A model generated the notes under the pieces. That model was not told the origin of the DNA. It ran no database searches and saw only the letters and a list, made by a program, of their open reading frames with translations. 64,000 nucleotides of DNA from Azolla caroliniana. Taxonomy: Eukaryota > Plantae > Polypodiophyta. This document shows, piece after piece, positions 31,201 through 44,900 of the stretch. Each line of letters begins with the position of its first letter. Position 1 is the stretch's first letter. The stretch covers positions 6,386,001 through 6,450,000 of the forward strand of contig JBHGNT010000005.1 of the NCBI GenBank assembly GCA_043228905.1, in the 5' to 3' direction. The position numbers and the translations under genes are program-made.

Positions 31201-33524
31201 GATATCCTCTCAGAGAGAGAAGGCCCCCCGGAGATTTCCAGATGCAGAGCATGTGCTGCTGACCGATGAGGGGGAGCCAGAAAGCTTCGAAGAAGCGAAG
31301 GATGACACCCACAGCCACAAATGGTTAAGTGCCATCCAGGATGAGATGGATTCCCTGCATGAGAACCATACAAATGAATTGGTGGAGTTGCCAAAAGGAA
31401 AGCGGGCACTCCAAAATTAGTGGGTGTACAAGTTGAAGCCGGGAGATGCCGGCAACCCCCCCAGATACAAAGCCAAGATCGTGGTGAAGGGGTTTCAACA
31501 AAAGAAGGGTGTGGACTTCGACGAGATATTTGCCCCGGTAGTAAAGATCACCTCCATCCGGACGGTGCTGAGTATAGCGGCAAGCATGGATCTCGAGGTA
31601 GAGCAGCTGGACGTGAAGACGACATTCCTTCACGGAGACCTTGAAGAGGAGATCTACATGCAGCAACCGGAAGGATTCGTGGAGAAAGGGAAGGAGCACC
31701 TGGTATGTCCGTTGAAGAAGAGCCTGTACGGACTGAAGCAGGCACCCCGACAATGGTACCAGAAGTTCAACTCCTTCATGACAGATCAAGGGTACCACAA
31801 GACGCAGGCCGATCACTGCATGTTTGTGAAGAAATTCGAAGGAGACGACTTCCTGATACTCCTTCTATACGTGGACGACATGTTGATCGTCGGACGGGAC
31901 CAAGCAAAAATACGGATGCTGAAGAAGGCTCTCAACCGGACCTTCTCAATGAAAGACTTGGGTCCGGCAAGATAGATGTTGGGATGCATATCATCCGGAA
32001 CCAGCCAATGAAGCAATTGTGGCTGTCACAGGAGAAATACGTGACAAAGGTGCTTCAGCGGTTCAACATGTCAGATGCGAAACCTATCGGATCACCACTT
32101 TCGGCAAACTGCAGGTTATCTGGTAAGCAAAGCCCGAAGACGAAAGCAGAGAAGGCTGATATGATGAAGGTTCCATATGGCTCTGCCGTCGGGAGCTTAA
32201 TGTACGCAATGGTGTGTACCCGACCGGATATAGGATACGCAGTCGGAGTGGTGAGCCGGTTCATGAGCAACCCCGGCAAGGAGCACTGGAACGTGGTCAA
32301 ATGGATACTCCGGTACTTGAAGGGCACTTCAAATATGTGTCTCCGATTTGGCTCCGGAAAACCTCAACTTGACGGTTTTATCAATTTGGACATGTCGGCT
32401 GATGTGGATACCAGTCGGTGTACATCCGGGTATGTAATGACATATGTAGGGGGAGTTGTTTCGTGGCAGTCGAGGCTGCAGAAGACGGTTGCGTTGTCAA
32501 CCACGGAGGCGGAGTATATGGCGGCTGTGGAAGCCGGCAAGGAAATATTATGGATGAAGGACTTCATCGGAGAGCTCGGTATCCGGCAAGATGAATACCG
32601 GCTCTATTGCAACAGACAAAGTGCCATCCACCTTGCTAAGAATGCGGCCTACCATTCCCAGACGAAGCATATCCAACGTAGCTATCACTGGATCCGGGAA
32701 GGAGTAGATGACGAGGAGTTCGCGTTGATGAAGATCCACACGGCCGAGAACGGGTCAGATATGCTGACCAAAGTACTGATACCCAACAAGCTAGATGCAT
32801 GCCGAAAACGAGTCGGACTAGTGAGACATCCCATGCCGGAGTGAAGGGGGAGTTTGTCAGGAAACAAGTCCCTCCGGATGGGAAGTGAGAAGAACAGTAC
32901 TGATGAGCAAACTCGGCCGAGGCCGAAACCGGATGAGGAGTACCCGGCTACGGAAGACCCGGTGAGAACCGGATGAAGAGTACCCAACTACGGAAGACCC
33001 GGTGATAACCGGATGACGAGTGCCCGGCAAGATCCGGATGATGCAGGCCCGGTGAGGAGCGCTCACCGGATGAAGGGACATATTCGTAAATATGTCTTCT
33101 GAGTGTCCATCTGGGCTATATTTGTAAATAGCCGAAAAGTCATATTAGTATAAATATGACTTAGGGCAAATTTAATATGTGTGGTGTTGTCATTCTTGTT
33201 GGTGCAAGACTCGAGAGCGCGCAACAGTGTATAGAGAGAGATAGAGTGGAAGAGGTCGCTGCCTCTGTTGTAACCGCCGCCTGTGGCGAAGATCGTGAGC
33301 GCGAGGTCGTTGCCTCCGTGAGCTCACTGTTGTAATTATTGTGACATAGGGATAGTTAGCAGTCAGTGGAATGCCGTGGTTTTTCCCTCTCATGGTTTTC
33401 CACGTTAAACATCCTGTGTACTCTTCTCTCCATTGTGTCGTGCTTTCATTTCCTATTTTCTCTGTATGATTCTAACCTCGGTTGTGGCCGAGCATTGCGT
33501 ATAGGGAGCGTGCAGTTCCTGTCA
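28203..33524 (+). mobile_element. Tnt1-like Ty1/copia, near full length (5' LTR truncated to 28203-28786; 3' LTR 32855-33524)
   Basis: PBS TGGTATCAAAGC at 28790-28801; gag, PR, IN, RT, RH; PPT before 32855. Confidence 0.92.
28817..32844 (+). pseudogene. pol: Copia gag-pol polyprotein (disrupted)
   Basis: CFYCGKPGH; WVVDSGASFH; LWHKRLCH; RADNGGEY; YVDDML; STTEAEY. Confidence 0.92.
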
Positions 33525-34182
33525 AGTCGGTGGTGTGCAACATGTGCACATGTATAGTAGGAAACGATGTATAGAATAAGGGGGAGTATTTATCCCACAT
33601 TGTAATGCATCCCTCTCCTTGTTCTATAAAAGGAAGGGAGCACCCCTTGCTAAAGGGTTGCCCATTTTGAGTTAGGAGGGTATACCGTTACATTTAGGGT
33701 TAGGCAGTTTCTCTTACTTCATTCTAGGGTTTCATCTTGGTAGTTTCTTCTTCTTCGTCATCGTAGTGTGGGTTGAGAGTTCGTGCCTGTTTAGGGTTTG
33801 CTTCTGCTCGGTCTCCTGTGCAAGACCCTACTCAGCCCGACAAGCCCGAGAGCTCCCCGATCGGCGGCTTGGCAGCAGACTGCCGTTGTAACCTACCCTA
33901 CCTTGGTCCGGCTCGAAGCCGGGGTTGTATCTTTCCCCTTGTAATATGTATACTCATATCTGTTTGTGCATATTGGTGTATTTGGCGGTGTCAGGAGCTT
34001 AGCCCCCTTGTTTCCTATGCATAAGAGTCGGGGTCGCGCGCTTGTTCTGTCTTTCTCTCTCTCTCTCGTGTTCGGTCGCCTCCGGGACGTGTCCGTAGTC
34101 GGTTTCTCGGCATCCCTTCCTCCTTCGTCCAAGACCCCCGTGGTCATGCCCCTTCTACACGCACGCGTGTAGCAACACGACA
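33525..34182 (+). repeat. Trp-type gypsy LTR (5' end lost) inside the Bryco-like 5' LTR
   Basis: AGTCGGTGGTGTGCAACATG matches the revcomp of 49800-49820; ends GCAACACGACA. Confidence 0.82.
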
Positions 34183-34308
34183 TCGGTTTGTCAAAGCTTC
34201 CGCATATTAACTTTGATAGGGTATTAGAGCGCGAGGGTTGAGAACCTTTGTTGCACACAACTACTCGAAACAAACAACCCTAATCACTGGTAAAGAACTG
34301 ACCAAGGG

Positions 34309-37300
34309 ATGGCAAGCTCTCTTCCGACAAAGAAGCTTGACAGAAACAATTATGCATATTGGTCTTACAAGGTGCACCAGTATCTACTTGGACACGGATA
34401 CTCGAGCTATGTCGAGGGAGTGAATGACGTCGCACCGGAGCCGGCACACAAGGACTTCCCGGTATGGGAGCAAGGAGCGAGAAGAGTGTTGTACTACCTC
34501 GCATCCTATGTGCATGACCAGATGTTCAGCTACATCAGAGATGTAAAGTCACCAAAGGAGGCCTGGGAAAATCTCCGAAAGATTTTCGCCGCAAGTACCA
34601 CGGCTCGGAAGTTCCAACTCCGGCAAGAGTTCAACACTATCCGGCAACGGGAAATGTCAGTCACTAACTACACCACCAAGATCAAGGCGATCTGCAACAT
34701 GCTTGGGTTCATCAACGTGACGGTGGACAAAGACGAGATGGTCCAAATCTGCCTCGGTGGTTTAGCACAATGGTAGGGGCCAATCCGGACAGTGATTTGC
34801 ACCCGAGAGAAACCATTGTCCTTCTTCAACCTGCAATCGATACTCATGGTCGAAGAAAACCACGTGAGTGGGTCGAGAACCACTCAATCGGACAGTCAGA
34901 TGTTATACACGGAGGCGGATCGGCCCAGTCGGCATGGAGGACGAGGTGGGTCGGCATGTAATAGCAACGGTCGACAAGAGCAGAATTAGAGGCATAGAGA
35001 TTGTGCCCACAGCAGTTCTAAACCCTCCACAAGTAGGGGCAGTCAAAGCGGTGCCAGAAACCGGGAAGGAAAGACCGACACAGAATGCTGGTATTGTGGC
35101 AAGAAGGGCCACCGGGAAAGCGAGTGTTGGAAGAAGCGCGCCGATTCGGATAAATCCAGATCCAGCAAGGCTGGACAAGGGAACTGGCAAAGCTCACACT
35201 ATGCAGAAGGATCAGAAGGATCCGAAACCAGAAAGACCGGAAAAGGGCCAGCCTTCATGATGAAGCACAAGGCGAACTTGATGAAGAAGACCACTTCCGG
35301 ATCGGAGGAAGTGTGGTACGCTGACTCTAGAGCGTCTAACCACATGAGGAGCCACTTAGAGTGGTTCTCATATTTGGAAAAACCGGTGCAACCAGGAGTT
35401 GTCGAAATCGGAGACTACACTCCTCACCAAATCGTGAATGTCGGAGAAGTTCACTTTAGTCATGTGGGACGAAAAGGGAAGCTTATGAATGTGCTTCATG
35501 TCCCGACAATTACAAAGAACCTGGTGTCGGTTGGTCATATCGTCGACCAAGGGATGCAAGTGCGGTTTACGCACCTCGGGTGCTTCATCAAGGAAGAGGG
35601 CCAGATCATCGTGCAAGGGCGCCAAGACGGGAGGATGTTCATCCTTGACACCAACGACATAGACACCGCCTTGTTCACAAAAGGACAAAAATTCAAGTCG
35701 GATATTGACTTGTGGCACAAGCAGATCGGCCACGTCAACTATCGAAGGCTTAAAGACCAGCAATCAAAACAGGTTGTATTCAGATTGCCAAAATTCAGTG
35801 GCCAGAAGGCCCAAATATGTGAAGCCTGCCAACTTGGGAAGCAACATCGGTTTCTGTTCCCCACCAAAAGAAACTGGAGTGGTAACAAGCTCGAGTTGAT
35901 ACATTCAGATGTATGGGAACCGGCACCGAATGTTACTCTTGGCGGGAACCGATATTTCACCTCCTTCATCGACAACTACAACCGGCACACGTGAATCTAT
36001 CTCATCGAGAAGAAAAGCGAAGTCTTCGACTATTTCCGGAACCTACAAAGTGCTATCGAATGGGAAACGGAGAGAAAGATCAAGTGCCCGCGGTCAGATG
36101 GCAGAAAAGAATACTTTTCTGACCAATTCAACAGTTATCTGTAGCAAAAAGGAATTCAGAGGGAATTCAGTTACAAATACACACTGGAACAAAATGGTGT
36201 GGCCGAAAGAAAGAACCAGTTGATCGTTGAGGCGGCACGAGCAATGTTGGAAGAGAAGAGCATGCCCAAGTTCTACTGGGCCGAAGCGGTCCGGACAGTC
36301 ATTTACATCCAAAACCGGATTGGGGATAAGGTGTCGGCACACGAGCTATATTTCAGACGGAAGCCGAGTTTAAGGCACCTTAGGATATTTGATAACATTG
36401 CCTATGTGCATGTGCCAGATGAGAAGAGGAGGAAGTTGGACCCAAAGTCGGAGAAGTGCATACTAGTCAGCTACTCTCATGAGCAGAAGGGGTACAAGTG
36501 CTACAACCCCCAGACTAAGCAAGTACGAGTAAGCCGAGATGTCGAATTTGATGAGTCGGCATCTTGGTACTATCTACCGACTCCGACCCCCGACTCCGAC
36601 CCGATTCCAGAGGATGAGGTCAGTGAGCCCGAAACAATACGAGTAGAAGAAGAAGAGGACTTCGGTACTCTAGATGAGAGTCTGATTTTATTTTAGCTGA
36701 GCGGGCCGACTGAGTTGACTGAGTCGGAACGACCAGTTAGATGAAGAGCCTGCGAGTAGTGGAGACTCAGTCGTGTTGTCCCTTTGTAAGGAACCGAAGA
36801 GACGGTTCATGCACAAAGAGAAGGGGAAGAAGAAGATGTCAAAATAGCGAGAAGTTGCATCGATCCACCTGCTAGAAGAAGCTCGTGAAGCGGTACGGAT
36901 ATAATGAGTTCATGGTGCATCACTATGCGTAAATGACAAAAGTGACAGAGGCGCGTGAGCCAAAGAGCTACGCAGACGCGGCAAAGGATGCACATTGGCG
37001 TGCCATTATGGAGGAAGAGATGCAGGCACTAGATGCCAATGACACATGGGACTTGGTTTACCCTCCCCGACATTGCAAACCTATCGGTTGCAAGTGGGTG
37101 TACAAGGTAAAGTACAATGTTTACGGTTCGGTCAACTGGTACAAGGCCCGATTAGTCGCCAAAGAATATGCGCAGACCCACGGAATCGACTACGATGAGA
37201 CCTTCACTCCAGTAGCGAAGATGACAACGGTTCGTGTGGTGTTGGCTGTTGTTGCGACAAGGGGATGGCATCCTCACCAAATGGACGTGAAGAATGTGTT

Positions 37301-38495
37301 TCTTCAAGGTGATCTTGAAGAACATGTCTACATGATCCAGCCCCCAAGATTTCAGTCGGAGATGAACAAGTCAACAGTGTGCCGACTCAAAAAGTCTCTC
37401 TACGGCCTGAAGCAAGCCCCCCGTGCTTGGAATTCGAAGATCACGCACTGGTTGCGTAAAATGCAATTTGCGGCCTCGAAGTCGGACTCTTCACTGTTAA
37501 TACAGAAAGGTCCAACCGGTCCGGTATGTATCCTGCTCTATGTGGATGATCTAGTCATCATCGGACCCGGACTCGCTGAAATTGGCCAAGTGAAGTCCCA
37601 ATTGTCGGATGCATTCAAAATGAAGGACCTTCATTACTTCCTCGGGATCGAAGTGATCCACACCCCCGACGGCATACTACTCTCACAACAACACTATGTG
37701 TTAAATATGTTGTACAAGTTCGGCATGATGTATTGTCGACCAGTCTCCACACCCCTGGACTGGAATCTAAAGCTTCATCCCGACTCCAAACCGGCTTGCG
37801 ATGAGAAACGGTTCCGACAAATTGTCGGAAGTCTTATTTATTTAACGATCACCTGACCCGACATTAGCTATCCGATCGGAGCGATCAATTAATTCATGTA
37901 GAAGCCAACCGTGGAGCACCTTCAGTGCGCGCACCGAATACTAAGGTATGTTAGCGGCACTAAGGACCAAGGACTGTTATACCGACACAGTATAACCGAG
38001 AAGCTAGTTAGATATACAGATGTCGACTGGGTTGGTGATGCATCAGATCGTCGATTCACTTCTGGTTTCATGTTTTCTCTAGATAGCGCAGTTGTTGCGT
38101 GGAGCAGTAAAAAGCAGCCAACAATGGCTCTTTCAAGCACTGAGGCTGAGTATCGGGCCGCTACCGTTGCCACCTATGAAGCCATATGGCTTCGATGGCT
38201 GCTACAAGACCTCTGGATCGAAGTCCCGACTCCGATCCCGATCTACTATGACAACATGAGCAGCATGTAGCTAGCCAAGAACCTTGTGTTCCATGCTCGG
38301 ACAAAGCACATAGAAGGAGTACTCCGGTATGTCCAAACGAATCGACAAGTTGTCAACATCTTCATGAAGGCCCTTGGGACCGACAAGTTGCAACATTTCT
38401 CAAAGATGCTTGGCCTTCAGCATCTCAACATGCTACACTTGAGGGGGAGAACCGGTACTGATATGGGGAGAACCGGAACCAAAATAGTGTCATGA
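34309..38495 (+). pseudogene. pol: Bryco-like copia gag-pol (disrupted)
   Basis: MASSLPTKKLDRNNYAYWSYK; CWYCGKKGHRESEC; WYADSRASNH; HSDVW; YVDDLVI; STEAEY; HLRGR. Confidence 0.92.
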
Positions 38496-38549
38496 AAATC
38501 CGCTAGTAAGTGCGGATCATGAGGCGGAACCGTCGTGGTTCTGAACCGG

Positions 38550-39077
38550 AAGGATTTAGGGCTTAACGCTTAATGCACTTTAAGCTTTAAGACGAGAGAT
38601 TTCCCTCTAATAAGAGTAAATTTATTAGAGATATGTACTAATGTAAGCAAATGATAAGGATAAACGATAGATCTAGATAGAGAGGAGAGAGAGAAAGAAG
38701 TGTGTCGATCCACCCGACCACCCTTGAGCGAAGGGATCGAGACGGACTCGAGCCTCGATCGGCGTCCCATACTACTATCGTGGCGTCGAGTCGTACCTGG
38801 TGTTGGCGCGCTCGCTACAAGAGTTGACCCACCACAAGAACAGAGTCTCGATGTAGTCAAAAGATGATGAAATGAGGGTAGTTAGGCCTCTTATTTATAG
38901 CAATACCCAAGGCGCCCAGGCAAGTTCACACTTGGCCTAATGGGTTGTCTCAATCATGAGGATTAAAAGTAATCCTCCCCTTCTTTACACTCTCGTTTAA
39001 CCCTCACACTTATCCACGTGTATAGAATACTACGGTAAATTCCCACCATGGGATATTATATGGTCATGCCCGTAACA
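38550..39077 (-). repeat. Probable partial LTR of an unrelated family
   Basis: Minus-strand start TGTTACGGGCATG at 39077; minus-strand CTATAAATA near 38891-38900; CT-rich stretch. Other end not found. Confidence 0.5.
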
Positions 39078-39078
39078 A

Positions 39079-39812
39079 AATTGGTAGTATAAGAGATCGA
39101 ATAATAGTTAATTACATTTATGCATAAGCAAATCTTCGAGTAGGAGATTATGCAAGATTGAATAATACTTCATTATTCTTATGAGTAAGAAGGCTTAGAG
39201 TAAGCAAGCATGAATAACACTTAATTTTACTTATACATAAAAAAAGTTTAAAGAAAGAGATCATGAGAGAGGAAATATGGAAAGCTTTTTATTACTAAAT
39301 CATCACTATAATGGATCTATTTTGTTACATGATTTTTTTTCTATCCCCTTTTAGGGTATAAGAGTATGATAGAGGAAACATAAATCTTTTCTTCTTCAAA
39401 TCCCCCCTTCTTCACTAGAATAGGCTCTTATTTATAGGTTTAGGATTGCTTGCCCTTTTATCCCTAAAAAAATCGCTTGTCTATATGAGTCGACTTTTCT
39501 TTTCCTCACTATTTCTGTTTTCTAGCCCCAAATTTCACATGTAAGATATTCTTGGAAATCTCTTTGGGTTAGCTTTCTTATGCATCTTTTCTTTCCTAAT
39601 TTGGACATCTGATGAGGAAATTATGAGCTTTTTTCTCAACTGTGCTCCTCATATCCACGCGTGCTTTTTTTTTCTCTCCATCTTTTTCTCAACTTTTGAA
39701 AACCTCTTCTAACTTAATATTCATCATTATTTATTCTAAGGTTCAATCCTTTGACCTTTTATTTATAAGGAATTATCTTTGGCAAAATGAAAAAGTATTT
39801 TTGCTACCAATA
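39079..39812 (-). repeat. Probable decayed AT-rich solo LTR
   Basis: Terminal inverted repeat ATTGGTAG/CTACCAAT; minus-strand CTATAAATAAG near 39427-39437. Confidence 0.45.
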
Positions 39813-40968
39813 AAGTTGACTTCACAATACTAGTTTATTTAAACTACTATTTTGCTTCTTCTCGAGGGTGGTTTCACACTCTGTATTAGAAACATCACGA
39901 CAACAGAAACCGGGAAAGCAGGAACTAGCACCGGACGAGCGGCGGGAGAGAAGGAAACAAACGAAGCAAGGGGAGACAAGAAGAAAAACAGAGTTGAGTT
40001 GACTGCAGAAGTCAGCACATCCAAACAAGTCGGAATAAGCGGCGACGACGGCAGAGTCAAGAAAAACAGAGACGAGCGGAACGAGAAGGCCAAGACCCTG
40101 ATGTGGTCTGACGTGGTGAAGGGCTTGAAGGTTTAAGAAGAATTGGAGACAGCCAATTCGAACAAGAGCTTGAACGAATCGGAGGCAAACGATTCTGAAG
40201 AGGAGTTCAATTCGAAGGAGCCGAATCAACATAAGACCAAACGGACGAGGAGGCAGTAGAAGTTGACACTGACACGGAGGGACCGACGGGTCGAGAAGCG
40301 CCGAAGTCGCAACAGCGAAGGAGCTGAGAAGGGCCTTATGAGCAGACAAGCCGGCCGAGAAGGTCGAGGTGCGCAGGACCGAATAGGTCGTGGGAAGCGA
40401 AACCAGTGTCAAGGAGCGAGCAAGGTGGAAGACGCTAGGAGGAGCCGGAGAAAAGGACCAGTGGACACACATAGCGATCAGAACTCAAGTTGAGCTTGAG
40501 GGGGAGTGTTTAGCGGGCAAGCTCAATCGGATCCGGATCGGATTAATAAGCCAAAGTCGGATCAGTATCCCAAACGGAGAACCGGATCGGTGTCCGGATA
40601 TATCTGTATCCTGAACCTAGAGCCGGACAGGAGACCAGATCATACTCCGGAATAGTGAGAACCATTAGGCCATTGGAGCGTACGGTGTCGCGATGTTACG
40701 CGTGTGCGTATAGAAGGGGCGGGACCACGGGGGTCTTGGACTAGGGAGTGACGGAGCATAGGAAGCCGACTTCTCTCCGATCCCGGCTGCACTGGTGGTG
40801 GCGCGAACCGGAGCGATTCCGGACGAGTACCGGTGGCTACCAAACGCAAGAGAGGAAGAGAGGGAGAGAACACGCACACAACACCGACACAACGCACACC
40901 TCTTATGTACAGGAAACACAGGGAAGGGAAAGCACCCGACACCGATAGAGACACAAATATGCACAACC

Positions 40969-40971
<3 letters not shown>

Positions 40972-41006
<35 letters not shown>
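40972..41006. repeat. (TA)n microsatellite in LTR (second copy 49308-49344)
   Basis: Directly visible in the sequence. Confidence 0.95.
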
Positions 41007-41009
<3 letters not shown>

Positions 41010-41980
41010 TACAAGAGTGAGTTACAACTCCTACTCCGACTCGGACTGAGGTAGGCTAGGTCCCAACGGCAGTCTACCGCCAAGCCGCCGTCGGGGAGCT
41101 CTCAGGCTCATCGCGCCGAGCGGGGTTTTGCACAGGGGCCGACCAGAAGCAACCTACAACAGGGAGAGATACAACCCCGGCCGCGAGTCGACTACGCACA
41201 GGAAAAGAGGTAACCTAATAGCTTTCCTGCCATAACTGCCGCTCGAGTTCTCGAGAAGGAGAAGGAGTAGAGAAAAAAAAAAAGAATGTCACTCCCTAGA
41301 GACGAAGCACAAAATGGTAAATACCCTTACGACTCAAAAATGGGCAACCCCTTCATAAGTGACCCCTCCCTTCCTTTTATAGCCCAAGGAGGGAGGGACC
41401 TTACAATGTGGGATAAAATTTCCCCTCTTATTTCTATACACCATTTCCTAGTATACGTGTGCACATGTTGCACACCACCTACTTGCCCTTTCCACCCCGG
41501 TTTCTGCCTATGGACGAAAATCTTCACGACATCCGCCCCCACCAAACCGCACGTCCACCGGTATGTGCCAAATCCGGTGAAGGGGTGAGAGATTTCGGCC
41601 GGTGAGAAACCGGTCTTCCGTAATCCGCATCCCGGCTCGCTGCCGATTTGAATCGTCGGCTTCGGTTCTTCCTTCACGCTTACCTCCCCGTAGGCTTGTT
41701 CGACCCGTCGATTGGTCCTTAGCCGCGATCTCCGAAGTACGCGTACTTCCGCTGGCCCTTGTTCGGCCGTATGCAGGCTCCGCTCTCCGCCGCATGCCCG
41801 ATGTCCTCCACTTGAAGAACGCCCGTAGTGGCCCGCTTGGCCTCCGTCGACCATTCACGTTGTTTCCCACTCCCTCCATCCCCTCGCTGCCACCTTCCTT
41901 CTCCATGGTCTTACATCGCCACATCAGCTCGAACCGCCAAGGTCTCCGGAACGGTGTGGAGGATCCTTCTCTGGCCTTCT

Positions 41981-44900
41981 ACGCCCCAACAACACAGGAG
42001 ACACGAGTTGAACGGGGAATAGAGTATAAGAACACCAGTGTATGTATTTAAATATATGTATGTAGACGACGCGAACGGTTACAACCGATCAGGTCGGCTA
42101 GACGGATACCGACACCTGATCACCCACGTGCGCAGGGGAGAAAGATGGAGATTCTGCCGGAAGCACACGGGCGTTCCACGGAGCAGAATTAGCCTCTCGA
42201 GAACCTGCGCAAAGGAAAGCTATGGAGAATGACAGAGAAGGGCTCGGTCCCAGTCCGACAGCACTTCGTCCCCCCTTTCCCCCCGCGATCCCCCTCTCTT
42301 TTATATCTCAAGGAGGGAGACCGTTTTCACCCGTATACATCACATTAATTCTCTGTCCTTTCGGACAGAGATACTCCTCGATTCTCCCTATAGAATATTG
42401 CTACCTAGGATTTGACTTTTGTGCCTACCTATCTACTATACAACAGGGGGCGTGTCCACGTGTAAGGGCCGGTTCACACACGCTACACACGGTTTGCGCC
42501 TGGGGACGGTTTTCCTCACAACATCCGCCCCCACCTAACCGCGCATCCACCGGTATGCGCCAAAATTGGGTTCCTACTGGAGAAAACCAGTCCTTGCTTT
42601 TATTCCTCGTTTACCGGCTCGTTCTCCGCCTCGGGCTGCTCGTCGTTGCTGTCCATGCCCCCTAGCTCCGGCTCACCGTCATGTCGTTTCTTGAACGCTT
42701 TGATCCTCTTCCCCGCTACCGGTATCGCCATTCTCGTACCGTCGAGCTCCGCGAGATGGTACGTCCCATTGTCGTTGGCGCCTGTTACTACGTAAGGCCC
42801 GAACCACCTCCTCGCAAACTTCTGTATGGCCCTGTGTTGATTGTCGAGGTTGCTGTCGTAGACTAGAACCTAGTCGCCTTCCTCGATCTTCCTTGGCCAG
42901 AGCCGGTGTATTCGGTCGAACCGACCTTTGTTCCTTATCCTCGCTACCCGAAGTTTCTCCGCGGCTCGCTCTACGTCCTCCGGCCTCCGCTCGAGCTGTC
43001 GAATCCGTGTCGCCAACAATTCCTCCCGGCTCATCTCATCCCTCTAGTCAACCGTCCGACTCAAGCCCTCTACTGAAGTCCGCAATGACTTCGTACATCC
43101 TTTCCGAACATACCGGAATCGTCTGGTCCTCTTTAAGGACTCCTCCGACTACCTTTCGCAGCTCCCCCAAGGTATCGTCGAAAGAGACCGCCTCCACGGC
43201 TCCGTTGATTTCCTCTCCAGGGCCGAGGATATCACATGCCCGAAGTCGCTCCTCCACCCTTCTCTTCTTCCGGCCAACGACGTCGACTATCGTACACCCT
43301 CCGTTGTCGGAGAACCAAAATTTCCTACTTATAGTACAGGTCTTCTTCGCTATCGTACACTTGTGGGGTTTTCCCGGAGTGTCCGGACTATCGCGGCCCC
43401 ACGCCTTGATAGCCCTCTCTAAAAATCCTCTCGGCTTTTGCTCCCGAGGGTCTCGCGGTTCCGCTCATGGTTCGGTCTCACCGTCAGGAACTGGACCGAG
43501 TGGCACCCATCCTGGCTCTTGACCCTTGCATAGGCCGAGCCGTTGTCCAGCACCTTGGTCTCCATCCGTGCTGTCGTGATGTACGGTTCTCCTAGTATAA
43601 CCGGATGTGAGGACGTCTCCTGCATGAAGAAGTGTTGGTCAATCTTGATATCGCCGATCTTTACTCGTACATTCGGGCAGGCTCCATGCAGTTCTTCGGT
43701 GGCACGCATTGCTGCCCGTATTTTCCACCCATGCTTAGTGTTGATCGGCCATTTCCCCTTCTTGTAGAAGTCCATGGACATCAAATTGATTTCTGAACCG
43801 TGGTCCACCAACGCCACCACCGGTTCATGAACATCTCCGATCTTCACGGGGGTCTCCGTGGTCGCTCTGGCCCAGTGCGGCCTCGAATAGTGGCTCTCCG
43901 CCAACTCGTCTTCCAGGGCCATGTCCTCTATGTGCGTCGTCCGAACCTCCACCGGCTTCTCCGGTTCTGTCTCCGTCGACAGCCTCTTCCTCTTCACCAT
44001 GTCTACGATGGAGTCGTGGAACTCCTTCTTGGCGATCCCGAGCACTTCCCTCAGCGACAGTTCCACCTTGCTCTCGAGGATTCGCTCTTCCAGGACCTTT
44101 CGCAGGTCCGTGGATCTTTCGATTTCTGTGCCCAGCCGGTACCCGCCCTTCTTGGGATTATCCTGGGCGCGGATTACACCGGCCTCATTCCGCCTTTGCC
44201 CGAATCGGGTTTCATATCGTTGTGAGGGCCCGGCCCCTCCGGTTTTCCTACCCGCTTGTCCTCCACCAGAGCCTTGTAGTTTTGACAAGCGGCTTCAACG
44301 AAGCCCGTCTTTTCTTCCACCGGGTCACTCCACCCGGTTACCTCCCGGACCCGTTTTTCCGCGCGGTCCGCCTCTTCTTTCCTTAATCATGCGCCAGCGA
44401 GGCCTTCTAGCACCGTTGGCCAGAACCCGGCGTTGTTCGTCTTCGGGGCCTCGCCACCTCCGACTCGAATACCAGCCGACGCCGAATAGTGGACGGTCTC
44501 CGCGTGACGAGCCGCCGCCTCCTCCATCAGCCTTTTCATACCTCCTCGCCCGTCGTTCAGGTCCAGGGGCCTTCGGGTCTCGTTGGCGTGCACCCGACCG
44601 TTCCATAGGTACACCACGTTGCTTCTCATCGCCTCGGCGAAGTCCCCGCAATCCTTCCGGATGTGGCCAACCGCGTCACACCACATGCACCTGTTTCCAG
44701 CCAGAGGTCGTCGGTCACGAGCCTGTTCGCCACCGTCCCTCTGTGCCTGGGCGATCTGGAGATCTTTTATCATACGCGTCAGTTCCTCCAGAGCTGCTCC
44801 CCCAGGCGGGCCCTTGACCATGCCGGTCGAAAGCGATCCGGTCTCGAGCCAATTTCGGATCTCTTCCCTTCGCATTGGTGGTGTTGGCTCGAGCTTCCTT

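Noticed and set aside
39822-40472. 216-aa antisense ORF as an env-like or extra gene
   Set aside because: Low-complexity shadow of a purine-rich plus strand; no recognisable domain.
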